Shown in pieces: positions 8,538 through 17,824 of a DNA stretch of 64,000 nucleotides (position 1 is the stretch's first letter; every line of letters starts with the position of its first letter). Location: sequence record PV400810.1, one strand, 5' to 3'. The notes under the pieces were generated by a model. It searched no databases and was not told the DNA's origin. It was given only the letters and a program-made list of their open reading frames with translations. The DNA is from Pseudomonas phage vB_PaeM_GXNNA8. The translations under genes were made by a program, and so were the position numbers.

Positions 8538-9974
8538 TTAGAAGATACCTGGGGCTCCCAGGTCAAACCCCATACCGGCGTCCGGGTATACACTCGGTGC
8601 GGCGGTAGGTGTGGGCATCGAAACACCCCCCATCATCTGCGGATTCACGATCATACCGTTCGGCAGTTGAACCATCCCGTTGGCCAGCATCGTTCCACCC
8701 ATCATACCACCCATCCCACCCAACATACCCATTTGCTGAAGCATCATGTTGGTTTCAGAGCGTTGCAGGAAGTTCCCTTTACGACTACAGATGTAGACGA
8801 CCGGGTTATTGGTGGTTTGGTTAACCGCATGGTGGAGGACACGCTGACCGACATAATCGATCTCAGTACGGACATACCGGTCACCCGCTTGCATCTGCGG
8901 AGGTGATACGTCATAGTCCCCGTTCATTCCGGCAACGTGCTGCTGTTGAGATTGATGTTGAGAAACACCCTGTTGGTTGGTACTGGTAACCGACAGCAGA
9001 CCACCCATGTCATTCCGACTCACTGCTTGATGCTGGACTTCATCATGGGTGTTGTGGCTGTTGTAATCCAGTACCGGGACTTGACGATAGATATCTGGCA
9101 GTTCTTCCAGGCGTTCCGTCCAGCTCAGATCAATCGGGTACAACCCGACTTTATCGAAATCAGATCGGAAGGTATTCTGGATCTTATTCAATTGATCCGC
9201 GATTTCCGCATAGCACCCCATGTAGGACACTAGACGAGACGCCACCGGGGAAGTCGATTCAAACTCATAGTCACTGGGACTGTTCACCGCCGGGAGGACG
9301 TTCTGGAAGATATGGGCGGCCAGACGAAGTGCTGCTCTGGAGACCGTGTGGTTATTGATTTCAATGGTCTGGTTATCCGATTGACCATCTGAACGTGCCA
9401 GACGACGAACGATTTCCGTATAGAACGGAAACTCCGGGCGGGTCTTGTAATAGATCCGTTGACCCGTGGTCTTGCTGGTACCGCCACCCTTAGATACCTT
9501 GAAGTGAATGAAACGGTTATCCAACCCATTCTCTTCCACTTCCACATGCATACGGCTGAACAACGCATTGAGTTCATCCCGTACCGCACGCTTGGCACCT
9601 TTAAGGGGTTCCAGCATGTCGTGGATACGTTGGTTCCAGGTACTCTTGGGCTTATGGCCGGCGACGGTGAACAACACCATCGGAATACGACGGAAGGTAT
9701 CCAGCAGTTTCATACAGGTCATCCGGCGGATGATCTTGAACACTTCCGTTTCTTTCGACACGATGTTTTCACAGGCCGGGTGGAAGAAGACCTTATCCAC
9801 GCAGTTCCCATCCAGGACTTCGCTCAGCGGCAGGTGGAGGGTCATCCCATCAATACGGAGTGGGAATTCTTCCCCATCGATCATAAAGACGAGTCGTCCC
9901 TGTTCCTTAACCTGCGCCCCCCACGACAAACACATCGCTTCGTACAGTTTGTTCAGTTCATTGGTTTCGTGCAT
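8538..9974 (-). CDS. hypothetical protein with Gln-rich and Gly/Met-rich C-terminal low-complexity tail
   Basis: 478 aa with an ATG start. The C-terminus reads NQQGVSQHQSQQQH...MMLQQMGMLGGMGGMMGGTMLANGM...QMMGG, a GGM-repeat tail like that of GroEL. Sits in the RNAP-module neighbourhood. Confidence 0.5.
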   Translation of the reverse strand: MHETNELNKLYEAMCLSWGAQVKEQGRLVFMIDGEEFPLRIDGMTLHLPLSEVLDGNCVDKVFFHPACENIVSKETEVFKIIRRMTCMKLLDTFRRIPMVLFTVAGHKPKSTWNQRIHDMLEPLKGAKRAVRDELNALFSRMHVEVEENGLDNRFIHFKVSKGGGTSKTTGQRIYYKTRPEFPFYTEIVRRLARSDGQSDNQTIEINNHTVSRAALRLAAHIFQNVLPAVNSPSDYEFESTSPVASRLVSYMGCYAEIADQLNKIQNTFRSDFDKVGLYPIDLSWTERLEELPDIYRQVPVLDYNSHNTHDEVQHQAVSRNDMGGLLSVTSTNQQGVSQHQSQQQHVAGMNGDYDVSPPQMQAGDRYVRTEIDYVGQRVLHHAVNQTTNNPVVYICSRKGNFLQRSETNMMLQQMGMLGGMGGMMGGTMLANGMVQLPNGMIVNPQMMGGVSMPTPTAAPSVYPDAGMGFDLGAPGIF

Positions 9975-9988
9975 GAGCGGTTATCCTC

Positions 9989-11425
9989 TTAGCTGAAGTA
10001 TTCACGAATACCAGTCAGGAAGTTCTTGGCTTCCAACAGGCCGTTTTCGTTACCAGCAATGCTGCTACTGGTATGATTAATGTAGTAGGTGGCGTTGGTG
10101 AAGGTTTTCTCGTTGTCTTCCCCATTGAACGCAATCGTAATAACGATCTCACCAAACATGTAACACTCCACCTCAATATTCATCAAGGTTCTCAAATGAA
10201 CATGAGGACCCGAGTATTTCGAGAAGAAGTGCTGAGCGATCAGACGCTTGAAGTCCTCCACCCGGTTTTCCACGAACATGTCATTGTCCAACATGGACAT
10301 GGCTTCACCGATGACGAAAGCGACACCCACACCATCATCCATGATCGTGCTATATTCCATGAGGTTATTGGTGGCGGAGAACCGTAGGCTGGAGAGACCG
10401 CACTGCAACATCAAGTGAACCGACATCATCGCCAGTTCCGTAGCAATCACCTCATGGTTACCCGCAGAGCCATATTCACTGCTGGTGAGCAAGGTGTTGT
10501 CTTCTGCAAAGGAACTGGGATTCAACAGGTTGAGGTTCATGACATCCAACAGGTTATCGAAGACCTGATAGATTTCCCCAATACTGAATCCCTGGAAACC
10601 ACCCAGCATGTACTGACCGGTGGATTGCATCATCGCCCGCATGAAAGGGTTTTCGAGCGGAGAAAGCTCTCCAATCGATTCCCCGATCAATCCATTAGAC
10701 AGTTCCACTTCCAACGAACTGCCATTGGAGGAGTGGAACCCTGCATTGGTCGCCAGTTTAAGCAACTCCCGGGAATAATGTGTGGGATTGAGGTTGAGGG
10801 TCTTCGACATCAAGGTGTTGTTCTTGAGGTCACTCCCCACCGTCCCGGCATACATCATCTCAGAACCGTCTTCTTCACTGGCGGCGAACCCCAAGGCTTC
10901 ATTCCCGACATCCAACGGACGTACGGCTTTCAGGTCTTTGTTCTGATCCACCGATCCCATGAGGAACTGGTGGGAACTGTCGATCATCCGCTTGGTCATC
11001 GGGAAGCCTTGACTGTCATGGGTGTTGGTCGTCAAGGTTGACCAAGTCCGTACCGGAACGAACATGGTGTCATCCGAGATACCTTGTTCCGACGCAGTGC
11101 CTCCAAAGAGATACCCCACCACACACATTTCCGAATGGAAGTTCGAATTGCTTTCAATAACGAACGTGAGTTGTCCAATTCCCCGCCGTACACCGAAGCC
11201 TTCTTCGACGGAGACGTAACCCTGAGGGCGCTGGGACAAGTTACCGCTGGAGGCAGCAATGCGGTTCAGAGTACCCGCGGTGACACCTCCATTGACCTGT
11301 TCCATGATGAGGTCATCCACCTCAGTGCTGTCCAGGTTGAGTTGGTTATGACGATGAACGTGATCGTGGTTGCTATTCCCCATACCAAAGATGGCTCGGG
11401 TCAATGTCACCAACATTTCGGACAT
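9989..11425 (-). CDS. hypothetical protein (possible divergent RNAP beta N-terminal module)
   Basis: 478 aa with a GAGGAAA RBS. PLENPFMRAMMQSTGQYMLGGFQGF weakly resembles the beta fork-loop region (NPL...ALGPGGL). Its position upstream of the beta C-terminal module matches the phiKZ gp71-73 arrangement. Low confidence on function. Confidence 0.4.
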   Translation of the reverse strand: MSEMLVTLTRAIFGMGNSNHDHVHRHNQLNLDSTEVDDLIMEQVNGGVTAGTLNRIAASSGNLSQRPQGYVSVEEGFGVRRGIGQLTFVIESNSNFHSEMCVVGYLFGGTASEQGISDDTMFVPVRTWSTLTTNTHDSQGFPMTKRMIDSSHQFLMGSVDQNKDLKAVRPLDVGNEALGFAASEEDGSEMMYAGTVGSDLKNNTLMSKTLNLNPTHYSRELLKLATNAGFHSSNGSSLEVELSNGLIGESIGELSPLENPFMRAMMQSTGQYMLGGFQGFSIGEIYQVFDNLLDVMNLNLLNPSSFAEDNTLLTSSEYGSAGNHEVIATELAMMSVHLMLQCGLSSLRFSATNNLMEYSTIMDDGVGVAFVIGEAMSMLDNDMFVENRVEDFKRLIAQHFFSKYSGPHVHLRTLMNIEVECYMFGEIVITIAFNGEDNEKTFTNATYYINHTSSSIAGNENGLLEAKNFLTGIREYFS

Positions 11426-11459
11426 GTTTGTTTCCTCTGTCTAGTTACGGATGATACTT

Positions 11460-13013
11460 TCAGGCACTGACTTGTCTAACTAACCGCATGAACTCATTCT
11501 TGATTTCCAAATCAATCTCCAGGTCGAACAACGCAGCGCGTTCTACCCGTTGATAGACTTCAGGATCATCCAATACCCCATATTCCAGGTTCGATTTCCA
11601 TTGCCCATTCCCAAAGGTTTCCAAGAACTCCGTTGCGACCTCCACGGCTTCATTAAAGGACCGTCCTTCGTCATTACGACTTTGGATGTCACAAATACTG
11701 ACCAGGAATTCTTTATCTTCAGTATTCAACCGCAAACCATCCGAAAGGGACCGCATGCCTCCGGGATTATTACTGGCCCCCAGTACCGACGGGAGGTAAT
11801 GGTACCCTTGTTCGCTCAGACGGACCTGAGCCAAGGCAATCGCTGCCCGCAGTTGATGTCCGTCACAACTCCAGAAGATCATAGGAGAGATCGCATCGAC
11901 GAACGTCAGCTGAAGCAACGTGATGACGTGATTATCCAACGTGATGTCCCAGTTCGGGGGCATGTTGTCGTAGACCTGTTCCACCAGCTGGGGATTCTGT
12001 ATACCCAGCCCCAGACACGGGATCTTGAACCGATCCACATGCCGTTCATTGTCATTCTCGTCAAACAACCCTAAACTGAAATACTCAGCGTCTACGGTTT
12101 CATTTGCCGCCTTGATCTCTTCGTTGATATGATACCGTTCCAACAGGGACCGCTTATCATCCTCACCTTCCCGACCATCCTTGGCTTTAAACCCTCCCCC
12201 AATCGATCCATGATGACGTACCGAAGCGTTAATGGCGGTGGCCAAGTGTTTCCCTTCTTCGGTCTCGGGGATCACTGCACAGCACAGCCGGGAGAAGAGG
12301 GTGTCATACAGCACCCGCTCCACGAAATACTCCACACTCCCAATACTGTCTGCTTGCTGGGGTATGCCCCGTTTACCAAAGGCAAAGTTCACATAGGTCT
12401 GAAGTTTCTTCCACCCATACAGGTTAACGATGTGGGCGTTATCTTTAATCAGACTCCCACACACCTGCTCACTGTACCCTGTTCCCATTGCCGCATCGAA
12501 GCGAGCAATTAACGAGAAGATGATCGGATAAACCGAACGGATCACAAAGGTCAGCTTAACCAACTCTTTATAGTCGTAATCCGTAATGGTCGTTTGTTCA
12601 GGGTAATCCCCTTTACTGGAGGCAACGCTCAGGTCAGGAGGAACGACCATGTGTTCGGAATATTGGATGAAACTACAGTACTTGGGAATATCAATGAGGT
12701 TTAGAATAGCATTGATAATCGGTTTAATTTCAGCGATTTCAACCCGGTAGTCCTTATACGTGGGACTTTCAGCAATCTGATACGCCTTTTCATACAACTT
12801 AAAGAGTTCAATCTTCTTATCCGTATCGAAGATATTTTCTACATACTCGTTGAAACAACTGAAGAGATTAGGATCACTCGCATCCTTTTCTTTAATCACC
12901 CGTTCAAGTTTGATTGTTGCATCACCGTTAAAGCGGAGGCTCTTCTCATTCAACGAAACAATGATGGCTTTAATCGTTTTCTTGGATTTCCGCTTAACTT
13001 CGATGTTAAACAT
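11460..13013 (-). CDS. hypothetical protein (possible RNAP-associated subunit by synteny)
   Basis: 517-aa ORF with GGAG 6 nt upstream of the ATG. Located between the SSB-like gene and the RNAP modules. Confidence 0.45.
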   Translation of the reverse strand: MFNIEVKRKSKKTIKAIIVSLNEKSLRFNGDATIKLERVIKEKDASDPNLFSCFNEYVENIFDTDKKIELFKLYEKAYQIAESPTYKDYRVEIAEIKPIINAILNLIDIPKYCSFIQYSEHMVVPPDLSVASSKGDYPEQTTITDYDYKELVKLTFVIRSVYPIIFSLIARFDAAMGTGYSEQVCGSLIKDNAHIVNLYGWKKLQTYVNFAFGKRGIPQQADSIGSVEYFVERVLYDTLFSRLCCAVIPETEEGKHLATAINASVRHHGSIGGGFKAKDGREGEDDKRSLLERYHINEEIKAANETVDAEYFSLGLFDENDNERHVDRFKIPCLGLGIQNPQLVEQVYDNMPPNWDITLDNHVITLLQLTFVDAISPMIFWSCDGHQLRAAIALAQVRLSEQGYHYLPSVLGASNNPGGMRSLSDGLRLNTEDKEFLVSICDIQSRNDEGRSFNEAVEVATEFLETFGNGQWKSNLEYGVLDDPEVYQRVERAALFDLEIDLEIKNEFMRLVRQVSA

Positions 13014-13091
13014 GGTTCACTCCAAACAGAATAGTCCAGGATTACGGGAAGATAATGTAGGTTTAAAATATTCTAACCAAACGAATAGACC

Positions 13092-13118
13092 GGGTAGGAG
13101 GGGTTGCCCCTCCTACCC
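13092..13118 (-). terminator. intrinsic terminator hairpin
   Basis: GGGTAGGAGGGG-TTG-CCCCTCCTACCC with a U-rich tract on the minus strand. Downstream of the SSB-like gene. Confidence 0.55.
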
Positions 13119-13130
13119 TTCTTGGTCTAA

Positions 13131-13829
13131 TTAGAATTCCACGTCATCGAAGTCATCGTGGGTGGTCGAACCGGAGTCATTGGAAGACTGTCGGTTGTTG
13201 TTTGCCCCACCGTCACGCGGTTTCGGAGGCTCCCAGGCTGCCTGCTCGATCTCATTCAGGAGATCCTGGTGGAAACGCACCCAGGCCCGAGCTACCCAAC
13301 GGGACATCAAGCCCTGGTCTTCAACGCGCTCCCCGGCTTCATTCTTGACGTATACCGTCGTGAAGTTGGAACCTCGGAAGACCAGCGGGACTTTGTAATC
13401 CCCTTTGGTATACCCCAGGTGGATCACGCCGTTCTTATCCCGGATGATGGTAAAGGTCGCCTGAACAATCGGGTTCTCCGATTGACGCGCGCTGCCACCC
13501 GAGAAGATCATCTGCTTCTTCGAAATCGGGATCTGACGGAACCCGAAGTTCGCATCATTCGAGGCCTCGATAATCGCTTCGAAGAGCGCGCCCCGATCCG
13601 AATAGTTCAGTTCGACTTCTTTGTGGTTACTGTTGGAACCTTTCTCAAAGATGCCGTCATTGATCTTGAAGACAATGGGAAACGCCCCACTGTTCTTGCA
13701 TTCGAACATCCCCTGCGCAGGGTACTTCGCTCCAGGCAAAGGTTCCAAGGTCGTTGGATGAGGCTGTTTCCAGTCATTCAGGAGGGTTTTCTTACGGGGG
13801 GTAAACTTGCGATGTTGATTGTCACTCAT
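13131..13829 (-). CDS. putative single-stranded DNA-binding protein (acidic C-terminal tip)
   Basis: 232 aa. A Gly/Asn/Ser-rich linker (GGANNNRQSSNDSGSTT) is followed by an acidic terminus HDDFDDVEF, reminiscent of the SSB ...DDDIPF tail. The N-terminal two-thirds is a beta-rich globular region. Confidence 0.35.
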   Translation of the reverse strand: MSDNQHRKFTPRKKTLLNDWKQPHPTTLEPLPGAKYPAQGMFECKNSGAFPIVFKINDGIFEKGSNSNHKEVELNYSDRGALFEAIIEASNDANFGFRQIPISKKQMIFSGGSARQSENPIVQATFTIIRDKNGVIHLGYTKGDYKVPLVFRGSNFTTVYVKNEAGERVEDQGLMSRWVARAWVRFHQDLLNEIEQAAWEPPKPRDGGANNNRQSSNDSGSTTHDDFDDVEF

Positions 13830-13898
13830 GAGAGGTTACCTTAAATTCGAAATTCCTAACCAATAAAGATAGAATCTTCAGTGAGAATAGATGGGTTA

Positions 13899-14696
13899 CT
13901 AACCATTCAGCATCAGTTGCAGACCAGCTCGGTCTACCCCTTGTGGCAGGTTGTTGATATGACTTCTGATTCGTCCCAGTGTTGTGGCGGATGTCCACTT
14001 ATTATCCAGCGCCAGTTTCTTCACCAGCTCCTTAATCCCTGTTGAGGACGACATGAAATTGGTTGAACGGTCACCAAAGATCTGGATAGTGAACCGGTTA
14101 AATGGCATGTAAAACAGATCCTCTCCTCCCGTCAGTTTGGTGTACCACTGGGTAAATGGTTTGGTTTTACCCGTATACGACTCCAACAGTATTAAACGTC
14201 CAACACTGTTCGATACCGCGAGGTCCACCACGTGGTGCGTCAATACAATACCCCGCCCTTTGAATTCGGGCATGCCGATGTCTGTCTTAGACAACAGTTT
14301 CTCGTATTTCGTATACAGCTTCTTTGCTGTCTCTTTCGAGAGGGTATCGTACCGGATTTGATTCTTCGTCGTAGGAAGTTTGAGATCCGCATGACGGAAA
14401 CGGGTCTTAAGACCCGTATAGGTGGGATAATACACCACCAGTTCAACCGGTTTACTTTTACGCGCCTCTTCCATCCATTTCGCCAGGATCTTCAGATCAC
14501 CGGTAACCGCCTCTACCAGTTGATCTGATGTCAGTTGATCCTTTTCCTCTTTGGTCTCATACGCGTCATACGCATTCCGTATTAGCGTCATAAGGTTCAG
14601 CAGGATGGTATCCGAATTACGTATTAGGGAAGCCGCATCACTCTCAAACGCCAACGATGTCCCTACGGACATTCCTAAAGCACCTGTACTTCTCAT
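13899..14696 (-). CDS. hypothetical protein
   Basis: 265-aa ORF with ATGA overlap to the upstream SbcD-like gene. Confidence 0.4.
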   Translation of the reverse strand: MRSTGALGMSVGTSLAFESDAASLIRNSDTILLNLMTLIRNAYDAYETKEEKDQLTSDQLVEAVTGDLKILAKWMEEARKSKPVELVVYYPTYTGLKTRFRHADLKLPTTKNQIRYDTLSKETAKKLYTKYEKLLSKTDIGMPEFKGRGIVLTHHVVDLAVSNSVGRLILLESYTGKTKPFTQWYTKLTGGEDLFYMPFNRFTIQIFGDRSTNFMSSSTGIKELVKKLALDNKWTSATTLGRIRSHINNLPQGVDRAGLQLMLNG

Positions 14697-15808
14697 AGGA
14701 ATTCCTCCAGGACTTTCAAGGCTTCTTCGTCAGAGATCCCTTCCTTCTCGAAGACCCCTTGACATTCAGGTAACAGGGCTGACGCCAAGTTCTTTTTCGT
14801 TAACTGAGGGTAATCGTACGTTTGGTTATTGAACAGATCGTCTTGAACATGCTGTTCTTTGGCTTTCGCATTCTCCGCTTTAAAGCCAAAGTAGGGGAAT
14901 TCTTTCTCAAAGATACGTATAACCGGTTTAACGATATCCGCTGCACCGCCCATGACCCGGATTTGACTGTGGTACGGGAGTTTCTTCCGACGGATGAACT
15001 GCTGAAGGTCCAAGACCAATTGTTCGGTCGTAATGTCTTCCTTGACTTTCAGGGTTAAATACGGGAGGGCGTTCTTATTTTCCTGGAAGGTTGAAGTGGC
15101 GGTTTCCTTCTCCAGGTCAAGCTCAACCAAATACCCCCCTTTCGGGTGTTCTTCCCCGTGGGCTGTACGGTCAAAGGAACCCGAACACCGCATCTTACCC
15201 ACTTCAGAGGGGACGTGAATATGACCCGACAGAATGAAGTACTTAACAATGGTTTCCCATCGGGCTAACTGGTGAGCCTTGTGTCGTACTTGCACCGGCA
15301 ATTGATGCTCCCACGCACCATGAAACACAATCAAGTCCACTTGCTTCAGTTTGTGCTCATTGAGCAACGCCACGGTCTTATCCCAAATCTCATCAGGTGT
15401 CAGGGTTCCCATGTTGTCAGGAACACAGAGAATACTGAGATTGTTGAATTGGGGGTAATACTGAATGGACAAAGCATCCACATACCGGAAATCCATTCCC
15501 TCGGGAGCCAGCGTCTCCAAGTGTTTAGGCTGACCCCTGTCGTGGGAGTGGGTTCCTTCCAGTACTAGAACGGCTGTATGAGCCTTGTCGCACGCGTTCA
15601 GGTAAACCTTGGCCCATTCCTTAAGTTTAATGAAATCAGGGTTAGGGGCCTCTACCATGCGTTCTGTGAGGTCCCCACCAAAGATCGACAGATCGATATT
15701 GTTCAGATCGTGATCTTTAAAGTAAAACGTCGACATATTCCCCAGTACATGAGTAGTGGGGGTTGTCTGGTGCAGCGTGTGGTGGTCGGAAGTCCAAAGA
15801 ATCCGCAT
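14693..15808 (-). CDS. SbcD/Mre11-like calcineurin-type metallophosphoesterase (DNA repair nuclease)
   Basis: Motifs ILWTSDHHTLH (DxH), GGDLTE (GDxxD), GTHSHD (GNHD/E), SGHIHVP (GHxH). The track start 15922 overlaps the upstream gene; the ATG at 15808 (MRILWTSDHH) follows a GAGGGG RBS. Confidence 0.65.
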   Translation of the reverse strand: MRILWTSDHHTLHQTTPTTHVLGNMSTFYFKDHDLNNIDLSIFGGDLTERMVEAPNPDFIKLKEWAKVYLNACDKAHTAVLVLEGTHSHDRGQPKHLETLAPEGMDFRYVDALSIQYYPQFNNLSILCVPDNMGTLTPDEIWDKTVALLNEHKLKQVDLIVFHGAWEHQLPVQVRHKAHQLARWETIVKYFILSGHIHVPSEVGKMRCSGSFDRTAHGEEHPKGGYLVELDLEKETATSTFQENKNALPYLTLKVKEDITTEQLVLDLQQFIRRKKLPYHSQIRVMGGAADIVKPVIRIFEKEFPYFGFKAENAKAKEQHVQDDLFNNQTYDYPQLTKKNLASALLPECQGVFEKEGISDEEALKVLEEFL

Positions 15809-15830
15809 GAATAGTCTACCCCTCACTACC

Positions 15831-16664
15831 TTAACACGCCAACGGATCGAAGTCGGGATCGTCCGGCGATTCGTTATCCGCCTGTTCACTCGGTGCGTCA
15901 GCCAGACGGTCTTCAATTTCATAATCTCCTAAACTCAGTTGGTTTAGGAATTTCAACTCATCCTGAGTCAAAGTCTCACCTTTGTGTTCTTTAAAGAACA
16001 GCGCCCGAGCACGAGTCAGGTCATCGGGATTGGTTTCAGTTCCTTTCCGGATAACATCCCGAATCCAGTAAACCTTGCGCTCCACTTCCGGAACGATCGA
16101 GAACTTCTCGAAGAAAGTCGGGGTAATCAAATCCGTCAGGGTCGTGGGTTTAGCTTCCAGACCTATTTTGCTATCCGCCAAGGCATTCGCAACCTTCAAG
16201 CTGGCGTTCAGGTTCTCTTTCTGGCGGTTGTCTTCACTGATATTGTAAATAGCCAGTGAGGCCATCCGGAGCTTGTACCGGTCATCCGCAGTCAGGGAGT
16301 TGGAAATAATCGGTGGAACCAAGAGGGTCGGTTCGTATTTACCGGTTTCAGCATCCCGGGCGACCACCAATACAGACCGGGTTCCGTTAAAGGTAAAGGA
16401 ACACCATTCCTGGAAGGGGAAGTAGTTCACTCCGGTGGAATTCCCCAGCGCAAAGGGAATCAACCATTTCTGAACGAATTCCTTCTCTTCAATCACATGA
16501 CTCACGTTAAAGGGGAGTTCTTCTCCCGGCTCACCCAGCAGGAGTTTACCATCCAGTTCGTGGACTTTCAAGTCCTTCAACCAACCAAGGTCATTCTCCA
16601 GGTGCATCTCTTGGATATGATCAGGAACTTTACCCCGGAAGTCTTCGTTGTGTTTGTCAGTCAT
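15831..16664 (-). CDS. hypothetical protein
   Basis: 277-aa ORF with an acidic C-terminus. Confidence 0.4.
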   Translation of the reverse strand: MTDKHNEDFRGKVPDHIQEMHLENDLGWLKDLKVHELDGKLLLGEPGEELPFNVSHVIEEKEFVQKWLIPFALGNSTGVNYFPFQEWCSFTFNGTRSVLVVARDAETGKYEPTLLVPPIISNSLTADDRYKLRMASLAIYNISEDNRQKENLNASLKVANALADSKIGLEAKPTTLTDLITPTFFEKFSIVPEVERKVYWIRDVIRKGTETNPDDLTRARALFFKEHKGETLTQDELKFLNQLSLGDYEIEDRLADAPSEQADNESPDDPDFDPLAC

Positions 16665-17068
16665 CGTTTAAGTCTCTCTAAGTCCAGAACTTTGTACAGT
16701 TCACCGGTGATCAGAATGGTTTGCGCCAAGTCATACTTCATATTGTCCACTACGACACGAGCGGTCAGTATGAGCCTGTAATTATTGACACTCCCAGTAA
16801 CATTTTGTCGACTTACACCCACCATGACTTCGTCGAACAATTCCTCCAGGTACGCCTTGAATTTGTCCTGGACTTGTTCCACCATTTGATCGGGGTATTG
16901 AGCGAAGTCTTTGAAGATCATGTAGAAACTAGGAACCCCTCCAATCAGTTTACCTTGGTTCTCTCGGCTGGTAAACCAATAGGTCACATGACGTGAAATA
17001 GCGGTATCAGGAGACTGAGTCTCCCACCCTAACTTACTGTCCATTGTCCCCACACAAAACCGCGCCAT
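16661..17068 (-). CDS. hypothetical protein
   Basis: 135-aa ORF. Confidence 0.4.
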   Translation of the reverse strand: MARFCVGTMDSKLGWETQSPDTAISRHVTYWFTSRENQGKLIGGVPSFYMIFKDFAQYPDQMVEQVQDKFKAYLEELFDEVMVGVSRQNVTGSVNNYRLILTARVVVDNMKYDLAQTILITGELYKVLDLERLKR

Positions 17069-17129
17069 ACCGTTAACTCCCTAAAGAAAGAAGGCTCTCT
17101 ATAGAAAGACAAAATAAAAGGTCATAATA

Positions 17130-17159
17130 AACCAAGCAGGGAATCACCCCTGCTTGGTT
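17130..17159 (-). terminator. intrinsic terminator hairpin
   Basis: AACCAAGCAGGG-AATCAC-CCCTGCTTGGTT (12-bp stem), followed on the minus strand by UUAUUAUGACCUUUUAUUUUGUCUUUCU. Confidence 0.6.
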
Positions 17160-17167
17160 TAGAGGCC

Positions 17168-17815
17168 TTACTCCTCGGTGGTTTCTTCTTCAGCGCTCTT
17201 CAGCTTATTCCCAGCAGGACTGGTGAGGTCGAACAGGGATTTAGCTCGATGGTGATCGATGGCCGCCCAGGTTTTCTGGACATCACACCGTTCCCTGAAG
17301 GAGATCTTACCGCCTAGGCTGTCGTGGTAATGGGTATGACGTAGATGCGGTTTATCGTCCACGGTAGTCAAATTCAGCAACCCATTCATACTGCGGCGAT
17401 AGAAGAGGTTCTCCTCCCCAACACCTGAACAGAACTTGCTGAACTCTCCCCCATACCCTTCGATTTCACCGTCCAGGTACAGCTGCATCATGGCGGGATT
17501 TGCCATGATGTAGTCCCGCATATATCCCTCAGCACCTTGGAGGGCTTCAATACTCCCCAGGTAGCCAATGGAATACCGACCGACGTACTCCCCGTCGTTC
17601 TTATTCAACAGCCGTTTACCCATTTCCCACGCACGGGAGTTTACGAAGCTGGTAAAACAATCCAGGGTCTTCTTGGCTTGCTGTCCCAACCAGCCTCCAG
17701 CGTTCTGTAGGAGCGCTGTGGAGTTGTTTACGTAGTCGGCGTACTTGGCTATGGACTCTTCGGTAAAACTGCCTGAGATCGCGTGACTGAAGGCATTAGC
17801 ACTTCGCATCGACAC
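17168..17815 (-). CDS. hypothetical protein
   Basis: 215-aa ORF followed by a strong hairpin terminator. Confidence 0.4.
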   Translation of the reverse strand: MSMRSANAFSHAISGSFTEESIAKYADYVNNSTALLQNAGGWLGQQAKKTLDCFTSFVNSRAWEMGKRLLNKNDGEYVGRYSIGYLGSIEALQGAEGYMRDYIMANPAMMQLYLDGEIEGYGGEFSKFCSGVGEENLFYRRSMNGLLNLTTVDDKPHLRHTHYHDSLGGKISFRERCDVQKTWAAIDHHRAKSLFDLTSPAGNKLKSAEEETTEE

Positions 17816-17824
17816 TTCACCTCC

